NCBI GenBank assembly: GCA_903945435.1
Contig: CAJAVM010000003.1
Location: 1,352 to 65,351, forward strand
DNA: 64,000 bases
From: an uncultured bacterium
GTDB lineage: Bacteria > Patescibacteriota > Patescibacteriia > Patescibacteriales > UBA12465
Direction of reading: 5' to 3'
The notes beneath the pieces are model-generated. The model was not told the DNA's origin, did not search any database, and saw nothing but the letters and a program-made list of their open reading frames with translations. A program made the translations under genes and the position numbers. The stretch's first letter is position 1, and each line of letters starts with the position of its first letter. Positions 29,412 to 39,455 of the stretch are shown here, piece by piece.

Positions 29412-30845
29412 ATGACAAAAATACATAATATTGCTAAAAATACTTCATATTTAACAGTGGCCTTAATTTTACAAAAGGTCATTTCTTTTGCTTATTTTAC
29501 GATGTTAGCACGATATTTAGGGCCAGCTGACCTCGGAAAATACTATTTTGCCATCTCTTTTACGACCATTTTTGCTATTTTGATTGATTTAGGCTTTGCT
29601 AATGTATTAACTAGGGAAGTAGCTAAGGACCAAACTAGAGCCGAACGTCTTTTGGGTAATATTTTAGGACTAAAAATACCATTAGCTATTTTTGCTATTT
29701 TTGCTGTTTTTATTTCAATAAATAGTTTCCACTATGATCCGCTAGTTAAAATATTAGTGTATATTTCGTGTATTTCAATGGTATTGGATTCTTTTACTTT
29801 TACTTTCTTTTCTGTAGCTAGAGGGAAGCATAATCTTAAATATGAAAGTATTTCCTCAATTGTTTTTCAGCTTATAGTTTTAGTTGTCGGTTATAGTGCT
29901 TTATTGCTTAATGGCGGATTAATTCCAGCTATGGCGGCTCTAGCCTTAGCAAGTCTATATAATTTTATTTATTCTTGGTTGATTGTTGCTGGAAAACTTA
30001 AAGTTATTATTAAGATATTCTATGATAAGCCAGTTATTAGAGATATAATAAAAATAAGCTGGCCCTTCGCCGTATATGCTATTTTTCAGAGGTTATATAT
30101 GTACCTCGACTCAGTGCTATTAGCTTTTTTTGCCGGAAATGAACAAGTTGGACTTTATCAGGTTGCTTTTAAAATAATTTTTGCTTTACAGTTCTTGCCA
30201 ATGGCCTTTACCGCCTCACTGTATCCAGCTATGAGTGCTTATTGGAAAGACAATAGAGAGCAACTCGTTATCTCGTTTGAAAGAGCGATTAATTATTTAA
30301 TTATTATTTCCTGGCCAATAATTATCGGAATAGTATTATTAGCCGATAAAATAGTTTTATTGTTTAAGGTTGGGTATAATGGTGCAATCTTGCCATTGCA
30401 AATATCAATTATTTCCTTATTCTTTATTTTTATTAATTTTCCAATTGGATCTCTGCTTAATGCTTGTGATAGACAGAGAAGAAATACTTTCAATATGGGA
30501 ATAGCAACTATTGTGAGTGTTATCCTGAATCTTATTTTAATTCCTCGTTTTCAGGCTGTCGGTGCTAGTGTTACTGTTTTGATAACTAACCTGGTAATGT
30601 TTTTATTAGGAATTTTCTTGGTAAGAAAAATTATAAGTTATAGACCAGCTAAGAATCTAATCGTTTTTTTTAAGTCTTTAGCCGCCGCAATTTTAATGGG
30701 GACGACCATCCTATTTGGAAAAGTTTATTTAAACATTTTCATTCTGATTCCAATTGGCGGAATTTTATATTTTTATTTCTTGTATTTATTTGGCGGATTT
30801 AAAAAAAATGATATTTCTAGCGTATTTAAATCTCTCAAACTATGA
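29412..30845 (+). CDS. MOP/Wzx-family polysaccharide flippase
   Basis: 477 aa with about 12 TM helices, typical of oligosaccharide flippases. First gene of a glycosyltransferase cluster. Confidence 0.65.
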   Translation: MTKIHNIAKNTSYLTVALILQKVISFAYFTMLARYLGPADLGKYYFAISFTTIFAILIDLGFANVLTREVAKDQTRAERLLGNILGLKIPLAIFAIFAVFISINSFHYDPLVKILVYISCISMVLDSFTFTFFSVARGKHNLKYESISSIVFQLIVLVVGYSALLLNGGLIPAMAALALASLYNFIYSWLIVAGKLKVIIKIFYDKPVIRDIIKISWPFAVYAIFQRLYMYLDSVLLAFFAGNEQVGLYQVAFKIIFALQFLPMAFTASLYPAMSAYWKDNREQLVISFERAINYLIIISWPIIIGIVLLADKIVLLFKVGYNGAILPLQISIISLFFIFINFPIGSLLNACDRQRRNTFNMGIATIVSVILNLILIPRFQAVGASVTVLITNLVMFLLGIFLVRKIISYRPAKNLIVFFKSLAAAILMGTTILFGKVYLNIFILIPIGGILYFYFLYLFGGFKKNDISSVFKSLKL

Positions 30846-31927
30846 AGACTTTACTTATTACTTTAGAATTTCCGCCGTTTAAGGGTGGTGTAGCTAGTTA
30901 TTATTCCAATCTGGTAAAATATTGGCCTTTAGGGGAGAAAATTGATGTAATGGATAACAACCATCAAGAACTAATGTCTGAATGTGGTAAATTTTCCTGG
31001 TTAAAATCGGTTAGTATTTTGTTAAAGGCTTTAAAAAGGCCGGGATTTGATTATCTTCTAGTTGGTCAGATATTACCCTTAGGAACTGTTGCTTACTTAG
31101 CTACTTTAATTAAGCCATTTACGTATGGAGTTGTACTTCATGGTCTTGATTTTACTTCGGCTATTAAGTCTAGTCGTAAAAGATTTTTAACTAAATTAAT
31201 TTTAAAAAAGGCTAATAAGATTATTTGTGCTAATTCTAGAGTTGCACAAATGGTAAGAGTCTTTGATTCTGGTTTATCAGAAAAAACAGAGATCGTTAAT
31301 CCTGGTATTGAACCGATTATTGCTCAGCCAAGTTCTGAAAGTATTACAAATTTACAAGCTACTTATAAATTACATGATCATTTTATTTTATTTACTTTAG
31401 GGCGGCTTACTTTAAGAAAAGGAGTGGATTCAGTAATTAAGGCTTTGAGTGAGTGGGGGCCAGAAGATTTAAAAATTAAATATTTTATTGCTGGATCTGG
31501 TAGCGAAGAAAAATACCTACGTTCACTAGCAGCCGTTTCACCTTTAAGTGAATCGATAGTTTTCTTAGGTGAAATTAACGAAGACGAAAAATGGCTATGG
31601 CTTCATGCTTGCGATTTATTTATTATGCCAGCTAGAGAAATCGGTAATGATTTTGAAGGTTTTGGTATCGTATATCTAGAAGCGAACCTGGCCGGAAAGA
31701 TGGTTGTCGCTGGAAATTCCGGTGGCGTTAAGGATGCTGTTGAGGAGGGTGTAAGTGGATTCCTGGTAGACCCAGAAAATATTTCTGAAATTAAAAATTT
31801 AATTATAAAATTAAAGAATAATAAAGACCTGCTATTTAATATGGGTAAACGAGGAAGAGAAAGAGCTATTACTAATTTTAATTGGGAAAAACAGTCAGAG
31901 CGTTTATGCCATATAATTAAAAAATAA
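30842..31927 (+). CDS. glycosyltransferase family 4
   Basis: GT-B C-terminal motif EGFGIVYLEANLAGKMVVAGNSGG. Confidence 0.7.
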   Translation: MKTLLITLEFPPFKGGVASYYSNLVKYWPLGEKIDVMDNNHQELMSECGKFSWLKSVSILLKALKRPGFDYLLVGQILPLGTVAYLATLIKPFTYGVVLHGLDFTSAIKSSRKRFLTKLILKKANKIICANSRVAQMVRVFDSGLSEKTEIVNPGIEPIIAQPSSESITNLQATYKLHDHFILFTLGRLTLRKGVDSVIKALSEWGPEDLKIKYFIAGSGSEEKYLRSLAAVSPLSESIVFLGEINEDEKWLWLHACDLFIMPAREIGNDFEGFGIVYLEANLAGKMVVAGNSGGVKDAVEEGVSGFLVDPENISEIKNLIIKLKNNKDLLFNMGKRGRERAITNFNWEKQSERLCHIIKK

Positions 31928-31929
31928 AT

Positions 31930-32628
31930 ATGATTTCAATTATTATTCCACTTTATAATGCCGAGAAAACAATATCTAAAACTTTAGCAAGTTTAGAAAA
32001 GCAAACTTATCAAGATTTTGAAGTTATTATTGTAAATGATGGCTCCCTTGATAACTCTGAGCAAATAGTTGCTAATTATCTACAAAAAACTGATAACAAT
32101 CATTCATATTTTTTCTTAAATCAAAAAAACCAAGGAGCACCAGCCGCTCGTAATCGTGGATTTAAGGAGGCTAAAGGAGATTTTTTATTGTTCTGTGATT
32201 CTGATGCAATTCTTGCAAATCAAGCACTAGAAATTATGCTAGAGAATATTAATCAGAATCCTGAGGCTAGTTATGTTTATTCTTCTTTTAATTGGGGTAA
32301 AAAATTATTTCGTTTAGAAGATTTTAACCCTGATAAATTAAGAAAGGTTCCATATATCCATACTATGTCGCTAATTAGGCGCTCAGCTTTCCCGACTGTA
32401 GGCTGGGATATTAAAATTAAAAAATTTCAAGATTGGGATTTATGGTTAACGATGTTAGAGGAGGGGAAAATAGGGTTTTGGATTCCTCAGGTTCTCTTTA
32501 AAATTATTCCTGGGGGGACAATAAGCTCCTGGCTTCCTTCATTTGCTTATAAATTATTTCCATTTTTGCCAGCAGTAAAAAAATATAAACAAGCAATGGA
32601 GATTATTAAACAAAAACATGGCTTATAA
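31930..32628 (+). CDS. glycosyltransferase family 2
   Basis: N-terminal GT-A motif ISIIIPLYNAEKTI...VIIVNDGS and a DxD-like CDSD. Confidence 0.7.
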   Translation: MISIIIPLYNAEKTISKTLASLEKQTYQDFEVIIVNDGSLDNSEQIVANYLQKTDNNHSYFFLNQKNQGAPAARNRGFKEAKGDFLLFCDSDAILANQALEIMLENINQNPEASYVYSSFNWGKKLFRLEDFNPDKLRKVPYIHTMSLIRRSAFPTVGWDIKIKKFQDWDLWLTMLEEGKIGFWIPQVLFKIIPGGTISSWLPSFAYKLFPFLPAVKKYKQAMEIIKQKHGL

Positions 32629-33100
32629 AAAACGTTGGCCACTAGCAATTATTAGCTCAATTTTTTTGATATTTTTAATATCAATTCTTGTTGCTAACAA
32701 TCAAAATACTATAAACGAAATAGAAAAATCTATAGACAGTAAAGAAATTGTTAGTATAAATGGGGAAGTTATAGAATTAGAGGTAGTAACTTCAGCGGAT
32801 AAAATGTATCAGGGTTTGAGTGGTCGAAAATCGTTATGTGTTGATTGTGGAATGTTATTTAAATTTTCTGATTCCGCTCCGCGTAGTTTTGTTATGAGGA
32901 ATATGCTTATCCCGCTAGATATAGTCTTTATTAATGAGGGCAGGATTGTAAAAATATATAAAAATTTAAATCCAGAGGGCTCTAATCCAACTACGCTTTA
33001 TGAGAGCGTTTTTCCGGCTCGGTATGTTTTAGAGTTGAATGCTAATAAGACCGACTCCCTGGGTTTAAATATTGGTGATGCATTAAATATAAATGACTAA
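32618..33100 (+). CDS. DUF192/COG1430 family protein, membrane-anchored
   Basis: N-terminal TM helix. C-terminal DUF192-like segment (PLDIVFINEGRIVKIY). Confidence 0.5.
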   Translation: MAYKKRWPLAIISSIFLIFLISILVANNQNTINEIEKSIDSKEIVSINGEVIELEVVTSADKMYQGLSGRKSLCVDCGMLFKFSDSAPRSFVMRNMLIPLDIVFINEGRIVKIYKNLNPEGSNPTTLYESVFPARYVLELNANKTDSLGLNIGDALNIND

Positions 33101-34559
33101 AATTAATTTTAAAAACATTTCAATAATTTTAGGTATATTTCTGATTTTAGAAATATTATCAGCCTTTAGTTTCGCATACTCCATAGCTAATCCAATTATC
33201 TTTTTAAGCTTATCCTTGTTAGTACTCGTTCTTTCTATTTATAAATTAGAATATGGCCTACTGATAGTATTAACAGAATTGGTGATTGGCTCTAAAGGTT
33301 ATTTGATTTATTTATCTTTAGGAGGGGGTAAACTACTAGCTTTACGTTTAGTGATTTGGTCAATTTTGATTTTAGTTTTTTGTATAAAATTTATTATACA
33401 ACTTAGAACGGATGGCAAAAAATCAGAGTATTTACAAAAAATTAAAAACTTTATTTTCTTAAAATATTATTTAATTCTAGCTGGCTTAATTATTATCGGC
33501 TTAGTCTCGGCCTTTATCTATAAAAATAATATTACTAATATTTTTCTTGATTTTAATGCTTGGATTTATTTTTTAATTTTATTTCCAGTAATCGCAATTA
33601 ATTTAAAGAGGGAACAATTAATTAATATTTTTCTCGCTGGCTCTATTTGGATAAGTTTAAAAACTCTTATTCTGCTAGCAGTTTTCTCTAATGATTTCAT
33701 TTTTGCTCATCAAGTATATTCTTGGCTTAGAAAAACCTTGGTAGGCGAAATGACAACCGCTAATGGTTGGAATCGCGTGTTTATTCAATCTCAAATATTT
33801 CCTATTATTGCCTATTTTTTTCTATTATTTAGATTAACCTATATTGATAGGTTTAAAAATCTATTTAATAAGGAAAATATTAGTTATTTTATTTTAATAG
33901 CTTTATTTTTAAGCACATTACTAATTAGTCTTTCTCGTAGCTTTTGGGTTGGCTTTGCAGTTACTACGTGTTTCAGTATAGTCTATATTTGTCACTTATA
34001 TTCCTTAAAAAGAGCCGCCTTAATGATTCTGTGGTCATTTATAGGCTCAATTTTGGCTATAGTTATGATATTAATTGCTACACCACGTTTAGTTAATAAT
34101 TTAGATAATCAGCTTATCAGCCGCGTTGGAAACAAGAAAGAGGCTGCTTTAGTTTCTCGCTGGATGCTTTTACCCAAACTAATGGATGAAATAAAAGTTA
34201 ATCCCATTTCTGGACAAGGATTTGGAAAAACAGTAACCTATACTTCTAGCGACCCACGTGTTTTAGCTAGTAATTCTGGTGGTCGGTATACAACTTATGC
34301 TTTTGAATGGGGTTATCTTGATATTTGGTTAAAAATTGGCTTATTAGGCCTAGTCGCTTATTTGCTACTCATTTATAAGATTATTTATGTCGGGGTAATT
34401 AAGGGTATTAAATCTGGAAATTCTATCTATATCGGAATTGCGGCGGGATGTTTTTTTCTGGTAATTGTAAATATTTTTACCCCATATCTGAATCATCCGC
34501 TGGGCATTGGTTTTATTGTGCTTAGCTCTTGTTTAATTCTAAAAGATAGAGTATATTAA
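33093..34559 (+). CDS. O-antigen ligase/polymerase (Wzy)-like polytopic membrane protein
   Basis: 488 aa, more than 10 TM helices. Wzy_C-like loop (LISLSRSFWVGFAVT). Confidence 0.6.
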   Translation: MTKINFKNISIILGIFLILEILSAFSFAYSIANPIIFLSLSLLVLVLSIYKLEYGLLIVLTELVIGSKGYLIYLSLGGGKLLALRLVIWSILILVFCIKFIIQLRTDGKKSEYLQKIKNFIFLKYYLILAGLIIIGLVSAFIYKNNITNIFLDFNAWIYFLILFPVIAINLKREQLINIFLAGSIWISLKTLILLAVFSNDFIFAHQVYSWLRKTLVGEMTTANGWNRVFIQSQIFPIIAYFFLLFRLTYIDRFKNLFNKENISYFILIALFLSTLLISLSRSFWVGFAVTTCFSIVYICHLYSLKRAALMILWSFIGSILAIVMILIATPRLVNNLDNQLISRVGNKKEAALVSRWMLLPKLMDEIKVNPISGQGFGKTVTYTSSDPRVLASNSGGRYTTYAFEWGYLDIWLKIGLLGLVAYLLLIYKIIYVGVIKGIKSGNSIYIGIAAGCFFLVIVNIFTPYLNHPLGIGFIVLSSCLILKDRVY

Positions 34560-34587
34560 ACATAATTAATTTTAATAATTAAATATT

Positions 34588-35046
34588 ATGAATGAGCAGA
34601 TAATCTCTCAAGAAGGATACGATAAAATAAGCGAAGAACTTAATTATTTAACTACCGTTAAGCGAAAAGAAATCGCAGAAAGAATAGAAAGAGCGAAAGA
34701 CCTTGGTGACTTGAGCGAAAATGCTGAATATAGTGAAGCTAAAGATGCTCAGGCTTTAAATGAAGGACGCGTCTTAGAATTAGCTGGGATTCTTAAAAAT
34801 GTAACCGTTGTTGCTAGCGGCGGCGCTAAAGATGAGGTTGTTATGGGTTCAAAAGTTACCGCTTCAAGTAATGGAAATGAAAGACAGTATACTATCGTGA
34901 GCTTTAATGAAGCTGACCCTGTTAACGGTAAAATTTCAAATGAATCTCCATTAGGAGTTGCTTTTTTGCATCGTAAAAAGGGTGAACAAGTTGATGTAGA
35001 AACTCCACGTGGTTTAGTAAAATACAAAATTATTAAAATAGACTAA
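34588..35046 (+). CDS. greA: transcription elongation factor GreA
   Basis: N-terminal coiled-coil (ITQEGYDKISEELNYL...) and a C-terminal FKBP-like domain. 152 aa. Confidence 0.85.
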   Translation: MNEQIISQEGYDKISEELNYLTTVKRKEIAERIERAKDLGDLSENAEYSEAKDAQALNEGRVLELAGILKNVTVVASGGAKDEVVMGSKVTASSNGNERQYTIVSFNEADPVNGKISNESPLGVAFLHRKKGEQVDVETPRGLVKYKIIKID

Positions 35047-35058
35047 CTCTAAAAAAGT

Positions 35059-36573
35059 ATGTCAGTCGCTAATAATATTAAGGCAACCGAAGTTAATACA
35101 AAATTAAGTGAACGAGATGAGCGCTTAAAAAAGTTAACTGAGTTAAAAGAAAAAAAATACGTCGCTTATCCTGCTAAAACAAAACGAGATTTTGAAATAA
35201 TTTCAATTCTTAATGATTTTGTAAAATTTGAAGAGTCGGCTAAAGAGTTTAATATTGTTGGTCGTTTACGAAGTGTTAGAAGTCATGGTAATTTAACCTT
35301 TGTTAATTTAGAAGATGCGAGTGGTAATATTCAGATTGCTCTCTCAAAAAAAGAATTGGGTGATGTAAAATATAAAGATTTTGTGAAATTGATTGATAAT
35401 GGAGATTTTATTCAGATTAATGGCTCTTGTTTTACTACTCACAAAGGAGAAAAGAGTGTAATGGCTAAAGATTGGATATTACTAACAAAGGCTTTACGTC
35501 CGATTCCTGATGCTTGGTATGGATTAAAAGATGATGAAGATAGATATCGTAAACGTTATCTAGATTTATTACTTAATCCAGAAATGAGAGACACTTTCTA
35601 TAAACGGGCTAAATTTTGGGAAGTTGCTCGTGATTTTATGAAGCAACGCGGTTTCTTTGAAGTTGAAACCCCAACTCTTGAAACTACAACTGGCGGAGCA
35701 GAAGCAAATCCTTTTAAAACTCATCACGAAGATTATGACTTAGATGTTTATTTAAGAATATCTGTTGGCGAATTATGGCAGAAACGGTTGATGGCTGCGG
35801 GCTATGAAAAGGTTTTTGAAGTTGGACGCGTATATCGTAATGAAGGGTCTAGTCCTGATCATCTTCAAGAATTTACCAATTTAGAGTTCTATATGGCTTA
35901 CGCTGATTATGAAATAGGTATGAAAATTGCTCAAGAATTATATCAAGAAATTGCGACTAAAGTTTTTGGTAAAACTAAATTTATTACTAAGGGGTTTGAA
36001 TATGATTTAGCTGGAGAATGGCCAAAAATTGATTATCAAGCAGAAGTTTTGAAGCAAACTGGAATTGATGTGTTAAAAGCTAGCGAAGAAGAGATGAAAA
36101 ATAAGTTGTCTGAGTTACAAGTAAAATATGAGGGTGATAATCGTGAGCGTTTAATGGATACTCTTTGGAAATATTGTCGCAAAAATATCGCTGGTCCAGT
36201 ATTTTTAATTAATCATCCCAAATTAGTTTCCCCCCTTGCTAAGGCAAAAATAGATAATCCGGAATTAACTGAACGTTTCCAAATTATTATTGCTGGAAGT
36301 GAAATAGGGAACGGCTTTTCAGAGTTAAATGACCCAGTTGACCAATACAATCGATTTTCTTTGCAACAAACATTGTTAGATAAGGGCGATAAGGAAGCAA
36401 TGATGCCTGATTGGGAATTTGTAGAAATGCTTGAATACGGGATGCCACCTACTTGTGGGTTTGGCTTTGGTGAAAGATTATTTGCTTTTATGATGGATAA
36501 GCCAATTAGAGAAACGACTTTATTCCCACTCATGAAACCAAAATTAGAAATTGAAATTGAAGACGAAAAGTAG
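35059..36573 (+). CDS. lysS: lysine--tRNA ligase, class II
   Basis: An OB anticodon-binding N-domain. Class II motifs FFEVETP and the GxGxGxxR-like GFGFGERL near the C-terminus. Confidence 0.9.
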   Translation: MSVANNIKATEVNTKLSERDERLKKLTELKEKKYVAYPAKTKRDFEIISILNDFVKFEESAKEFNIVGRLRSVRSHGNLTFVNLEDASGNIQIALSKKELGDVKYKDFVKLIDNGDFIQINGSCFTTHKGEKSVMAKDWILLTKALRPIPDAWYGLKDDEDRYRKRYLDLLLNPEMRDTFYKRAKFWEVARDFMKQRGFFEVETPTLETTTGGAEANPFKTHHEDYDLDVYLRISVGELWQKRLMAAGYEKVFEVGRVYRNEGSSPDHLQEFTNLEFYMAYADYEIGMKIAQELYQEIATKVFGKTKFITKGFEYDLAGEWPKIDYQAEVLKQTGIDVLKASEEEMKNKLSELQVKYEGDNRERLMDTLWKYCRKNIAGPVFLINHPKLVSPLAKAKIDNPELTERFQIIIAGSEIGNGFSELNDPVDQYNRFSLQQTLLDKGDKEAMMPDWEFVEMLEYGMPPTCGFGFGERLFAFMMDKPIRETTLFPLMKPKLEIEIEDEK

Positions 36574-36587
36574 CTTTCGTCTTATAT

Positions 36588-36661
36588 TCGGGGATCGTCT
36601 AACGGTAGGACAACAGGTTCTGGTCCTGTTTATTGGGGTTCGAATCCCTATCCCCGAGCCA
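36588..36661 (+). tRNA. tRNA-Gln(CUG), CCA encoded
   Basis: TCGGGGATCGTCTAACGGTAGGACAACAGGTTCTGGTCCTGTTTATTGGGGTTCGAATCCCTATCCCCGAGCCA. 7 bp acceptor stem, anticodon loop UUCUGGU (anticodon CUG), T-loop GGTTCGAATCC. Confidence 0.8.
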
Positions 36662-36725
36662 ATACGATTTTGGTGTTTAAGACCGACACAAGGCATTAAA
36701 CGTTAGCCAAAATACAAAGAAGTTC

Positions 36726-36746
36726 AGCTTATACTGAGCTTTTTTG
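36726..36746 (+). terminator. rho-independent terminator downstream of lysS/tRNA-Gln
   Basis: agcuua-uac-ugagcu followed by UUUUUU. Confidence 0.4.
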
Positions 36747-36892
36747 TTGGAGTCAAGTGAGTGTAAACTGGTGTAAATAATGAAAAATATTGGTTCGAAT
36801 ACGAGTTCTGTCAAAATATATTTTATAAAAATGTTTCCGAAAAGTTATTGCTATATTTCAGCCATTTTTAGTATGGGCTGGCTAAGTAAAAC

Positions 36893-37699
36893 ATGCTATT
36901 ATGTCAGTGTAATAATATGCCTAATTTTAATAACTTAGATTTAAAAAATTGGAAAGATTCAGAGATTTGGACTGATAGTCTTTGGATTATTAAAGAACGT
37001 GATAAGTCGGGGAAACACGACGGTTTTTATCATGGCAATTTTGTTCCGCAAATACCTCATCAATTAATTTTAAGATATAGTAAAGAGAATGATGTAGTCT
37101 TTGATCCATTTTTAGGTAGCGGCACAACGGCATATGAATGTGAAACTTTAAAGAGACATTTTGTTGGTATAGAAATTCAACCAACATTAGTTAAACATGT
37201 GCAATCAAAACTCGATAGTAAAAAGAATTTCTTTGAGATTTTAGCGGCTGATAGCACTGAAGAAAAGACTTTTAATAAAATAGAAGAAGCTTTAAAGAAA
37301 CATAAGAGAATAAAAGTTCAATTGGCTATTTTACATCCACCATATGCTAATATTGTTAAGTTCAGTGATAATAAAAACGACTTATCTAACGCTAAAGATT
37401 TAAGACAATTTTTGAATCAATTTTCTAGTGTTGTTAAAAATACTTTGACTATTTTAGAAAAAGGGCGGTATATTGCTATAGTTATGGGCGATAAGTATGA
37501 AAAAGGCCAATGGATACCGTTGGGTTTTTATTGTATGAATGAGGCTTATAAGTTGGGTTTAACGCTAAAAAGCGTTATAATAAAGAATATGGAGGGAAAT
37601 AGGGCTAAGCAAAATAAGGAAGGAATCTGGCGTTACCGAGCTCTAACTAGCGATTATTATATTTTTAAACACGAATATATATTAATTTTCAAATATTAG
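36893..37699 (+). CDS. site-specific DNA methyltransferase (amino-methyltransferase, N6A or N4C)
   Basis: Motif I DPFLGSGTTAYEC...FVGIEI and motif IV ILHPPY. The true start is likely M9 (MPNFNN...). Confidence 0.65.
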   Translation: MLLCQCNNMPNFNNLDLKNWKDSEIWTDSLWIIKERDKSGKHDGFYHGNFVPQIPHQLILRYSKENDVVFDPFLGSGTTAYECETLKRHFVGIEIQPTLVKHVQSKLDSKKNFFEILAADSTEEKTFNKIEEALKKHKRIKVQLAILHPPYANIVKFSDNKNDLSNAKDLRQFLNQFSSVVKNTLTILEKGRYIAIVMGDKYEKGQWIPLGFYCMNEAYKLGLTLKSVIIKNMEGNRAKQNKEGIWRYRALTSDYYIFKHEYILIFKY

Positions 37700-37700
37700 T

Positions 37701-38381
37701 ATGACAAATAATGAATTATTTTTAGAACTTGCGAAGCCAAATAAAGATGGTGTGAGTCGCTGGGTTCCAGTTTCAGAATTTATTGGTAAATATAAAAAAC
37801 TTCAACTTGGAAATGGTGGAAGTTGGTGCCGAGCTAGTTCAAGCTTGGCAAAGAAATACATTGTCGAGTTTGATAAAAATAAAACAGCCGGTAATTCTAT
37901 TGACGGAGTTCGCTTGGCTGGTTTTAATAATAAAAAAATATTAAACCAAAATATTAGAAAAGATATAAAAGATTTTTATAAAGTACAAAACTGTGTGATG
38001 CTTGGGGTTAATGGTAAATCTGAAAATACAAAGATAGAAATAGATCACAAAGATGGTAGAAAAGAGGATCACAGACTTTCAAATTTAAAAGAACAACAAA
38101 TAACTGATTTTCAACCACTTTCAAAAGCGGCAAATGATATTAAAAGGCAAATTTGCAAAAGATGTAAGGAAACTAATAAACGTTGGAATGCAAAAAATAT
38201 TAAGGGTAATCCATTTGATTTTTATGCAGGAAATGAAAATTATTCTGAAGAATTGGGATGTAAAGGATGTTACCAATATGATCCTGTAGAATACAGGAAA
38301 GTTGTTGTTAGAAAAGTTGGTGAATTATCAGCAAAGGAAGCGGTAGATAAGGTTTTTAAAAAATTATACCCAGAAGAATAA
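37701..38381 (+). CDS. putative restriction endonuclease (HNH-like), sandwiched between two methyltransferases
   Basis: The EIDHKDGRKEDHRLSNL segment plus CKRC and CKGC cysteine pairs resemble an HNH/His-Me finger nuclease core. Its position, 1 bp after the MTase stop and 10 bp before the next MTase, supports an R-M role (inference). Confidence 0.35.
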   Translation: MTNNELFLELAKPNKDGVSRWVPVSEFIGKYKKLQLGNGGSWCRASSSLAKKYIVEFDKNKTAGNSIDGVRLAGFNNKKILNQNIRKDIKDFYKVQNCVMLGVNGKSENTKIEIDHKDGRKEDHRLSNLKEQQITDFQPLSKAANDIKRQICKRCKETNKRWNAKNIKGNPFDFYAGNENYSEELGCKGCYQYDPVEYRKVVVRKVGELSAKEAVDKVFKKLYPEE

Positions 38382-38390
38382 CAATAAAAT

Positions 38391-39455
38391 ATGAATTACA
38401 TAGGCAGTAAATTATCGTTGTTAGAGTTTTTAGAAAATTCTATAAAAAAAGTAGCTAAAAAAGACTGCAATGTTTTTTGTGACTTATTTGCTGGCACAGG
38501 TATCGTCGGATCATATTTTAAAAAGAAAGGTTTTAAAATTATAGCTAACGATATCCAGTATTACAGCTACGTTTTGAATAGACATTATATTAAAAATCAT
38601 AAACCACTTGAATTTAAAGGTTTGTTTGAATTGATTGCCACTTTGAAAAGTGAGGACATTAAAAATAGGGGAGCTATTGTTTTAGATTATTTGAATAATT
38701 TAAAAGGCAAAAAGGGATTTATTTACAATAATTATTGTTTGGGTGGGACAAAAAACAAGACTGAGCAAAGACTTTATTTTTCGGATGAAAACGGTTTACG
38801 ATGTGATGCTATAAGACAAAAAATAGAAGAATGGAATAACGGCAAAAAAATTAATGAGAATGAATATTATTTTTTATTAGCCAGCTTAGTTGAATCCATT
38901 GATAAATATGCTAACACAGCTTCTGTCTATGGAGCCTTTTTAAAGAGTCTAAAAAAATCTGCTTTAAGGCCTTTAGTTATGAGCCCTGCCGAATTAATAA
39001 TTAATGACCAAGAGCATGAAGTTTACAACGAAGATATTAATTCGGTTGTTAAAAAAATAAAGGGGGATATTTTATATCTTGATCCGCCATATAACCAAAG
39101 GCAATACGCCACGAATTATCATATATTGGAAACAATCGCTAAATATGATAGCCCTGATATTCATGGTAAAACTGGTTTAAGAGAGTATCAAAAACAGAAA
39201 TCTTCCTATTGTTCAACAAATCAGGTTAAAAAATCTTTTAAAGATTTAATCACTAATGCTGACGTTAAATATATATTTTTAAGTTACAATAATGAAGGAT
39301 TAATGAGTGCAGAAGATATAAAAGAAATAATGAGCACTAGGGGTAAATATGGATTTTTTACTCAGGAATATTCTAGATTTAAAGCAGATAAAAATAGGGA
39401 ATATAAAGCTGAAAAAACAGTAGAATATTTACATTATGTTGTCTGCAATAACTAA
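38391..39455 (+). CDS. Dam-family (D12 class) N6-adenine DNA methyltransferase
   Basis: MNYIGSKLSLL start. Motif I DLFAGTGIVGSYF. Motif IV LDPPYNQ. Confidence 0.8.
   Translation: MNYIGSKLSLLEFLENSIKKVAKKDCNVFCDLFAGTGIVGSYFKKKGFKIIANDIQYYSYVLNRHYIKNHKPLEFKGLFELIATLKSEDIKNRGAIVLDYLNNLKGKKGFIYNNYCLGGTKNKTEQRLYFSDENGLRCDAIRQKIEEWNNGKKINENEYYFLLASLVESIDKYANTASVYGAFLKSLKKSALRPLVMSPAELIINDQEHEVYNEDINSVVKKIKGDILYLDPPYNQRQYATNYHILETIAKYDSPDIHGKTGLREYQKQKSSYCSTNQVKKSFKDLITNADVKYIFLSYNNEGLMSAEDIKEIMSTRGKYGFFTQEYSRFKADKNREYKAEKTVEYLHYVVCNN

Noticed and set aside
36792-36800. ggttcgaat, identical to part of the tRNA-Gln T-loop, 130 bp downstream of the tRNA, considered as an att direct repeat
   Set aside because: Only 9 nt, with no matching copy found near the right end (54.0-54.3 kb) or next to the recombinase. 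That is insufficient to call attL/attR. Serine recombinases would not leave long direct repeats in any case.
36893-39455. Assigning GATC specificity to the R-M cassette
   Set aside because: The M-R-M layout with a Dam-like MTase recalls some GATC systems, but the specificity cannot be read from the sequence. It was kept out of the feature calls.
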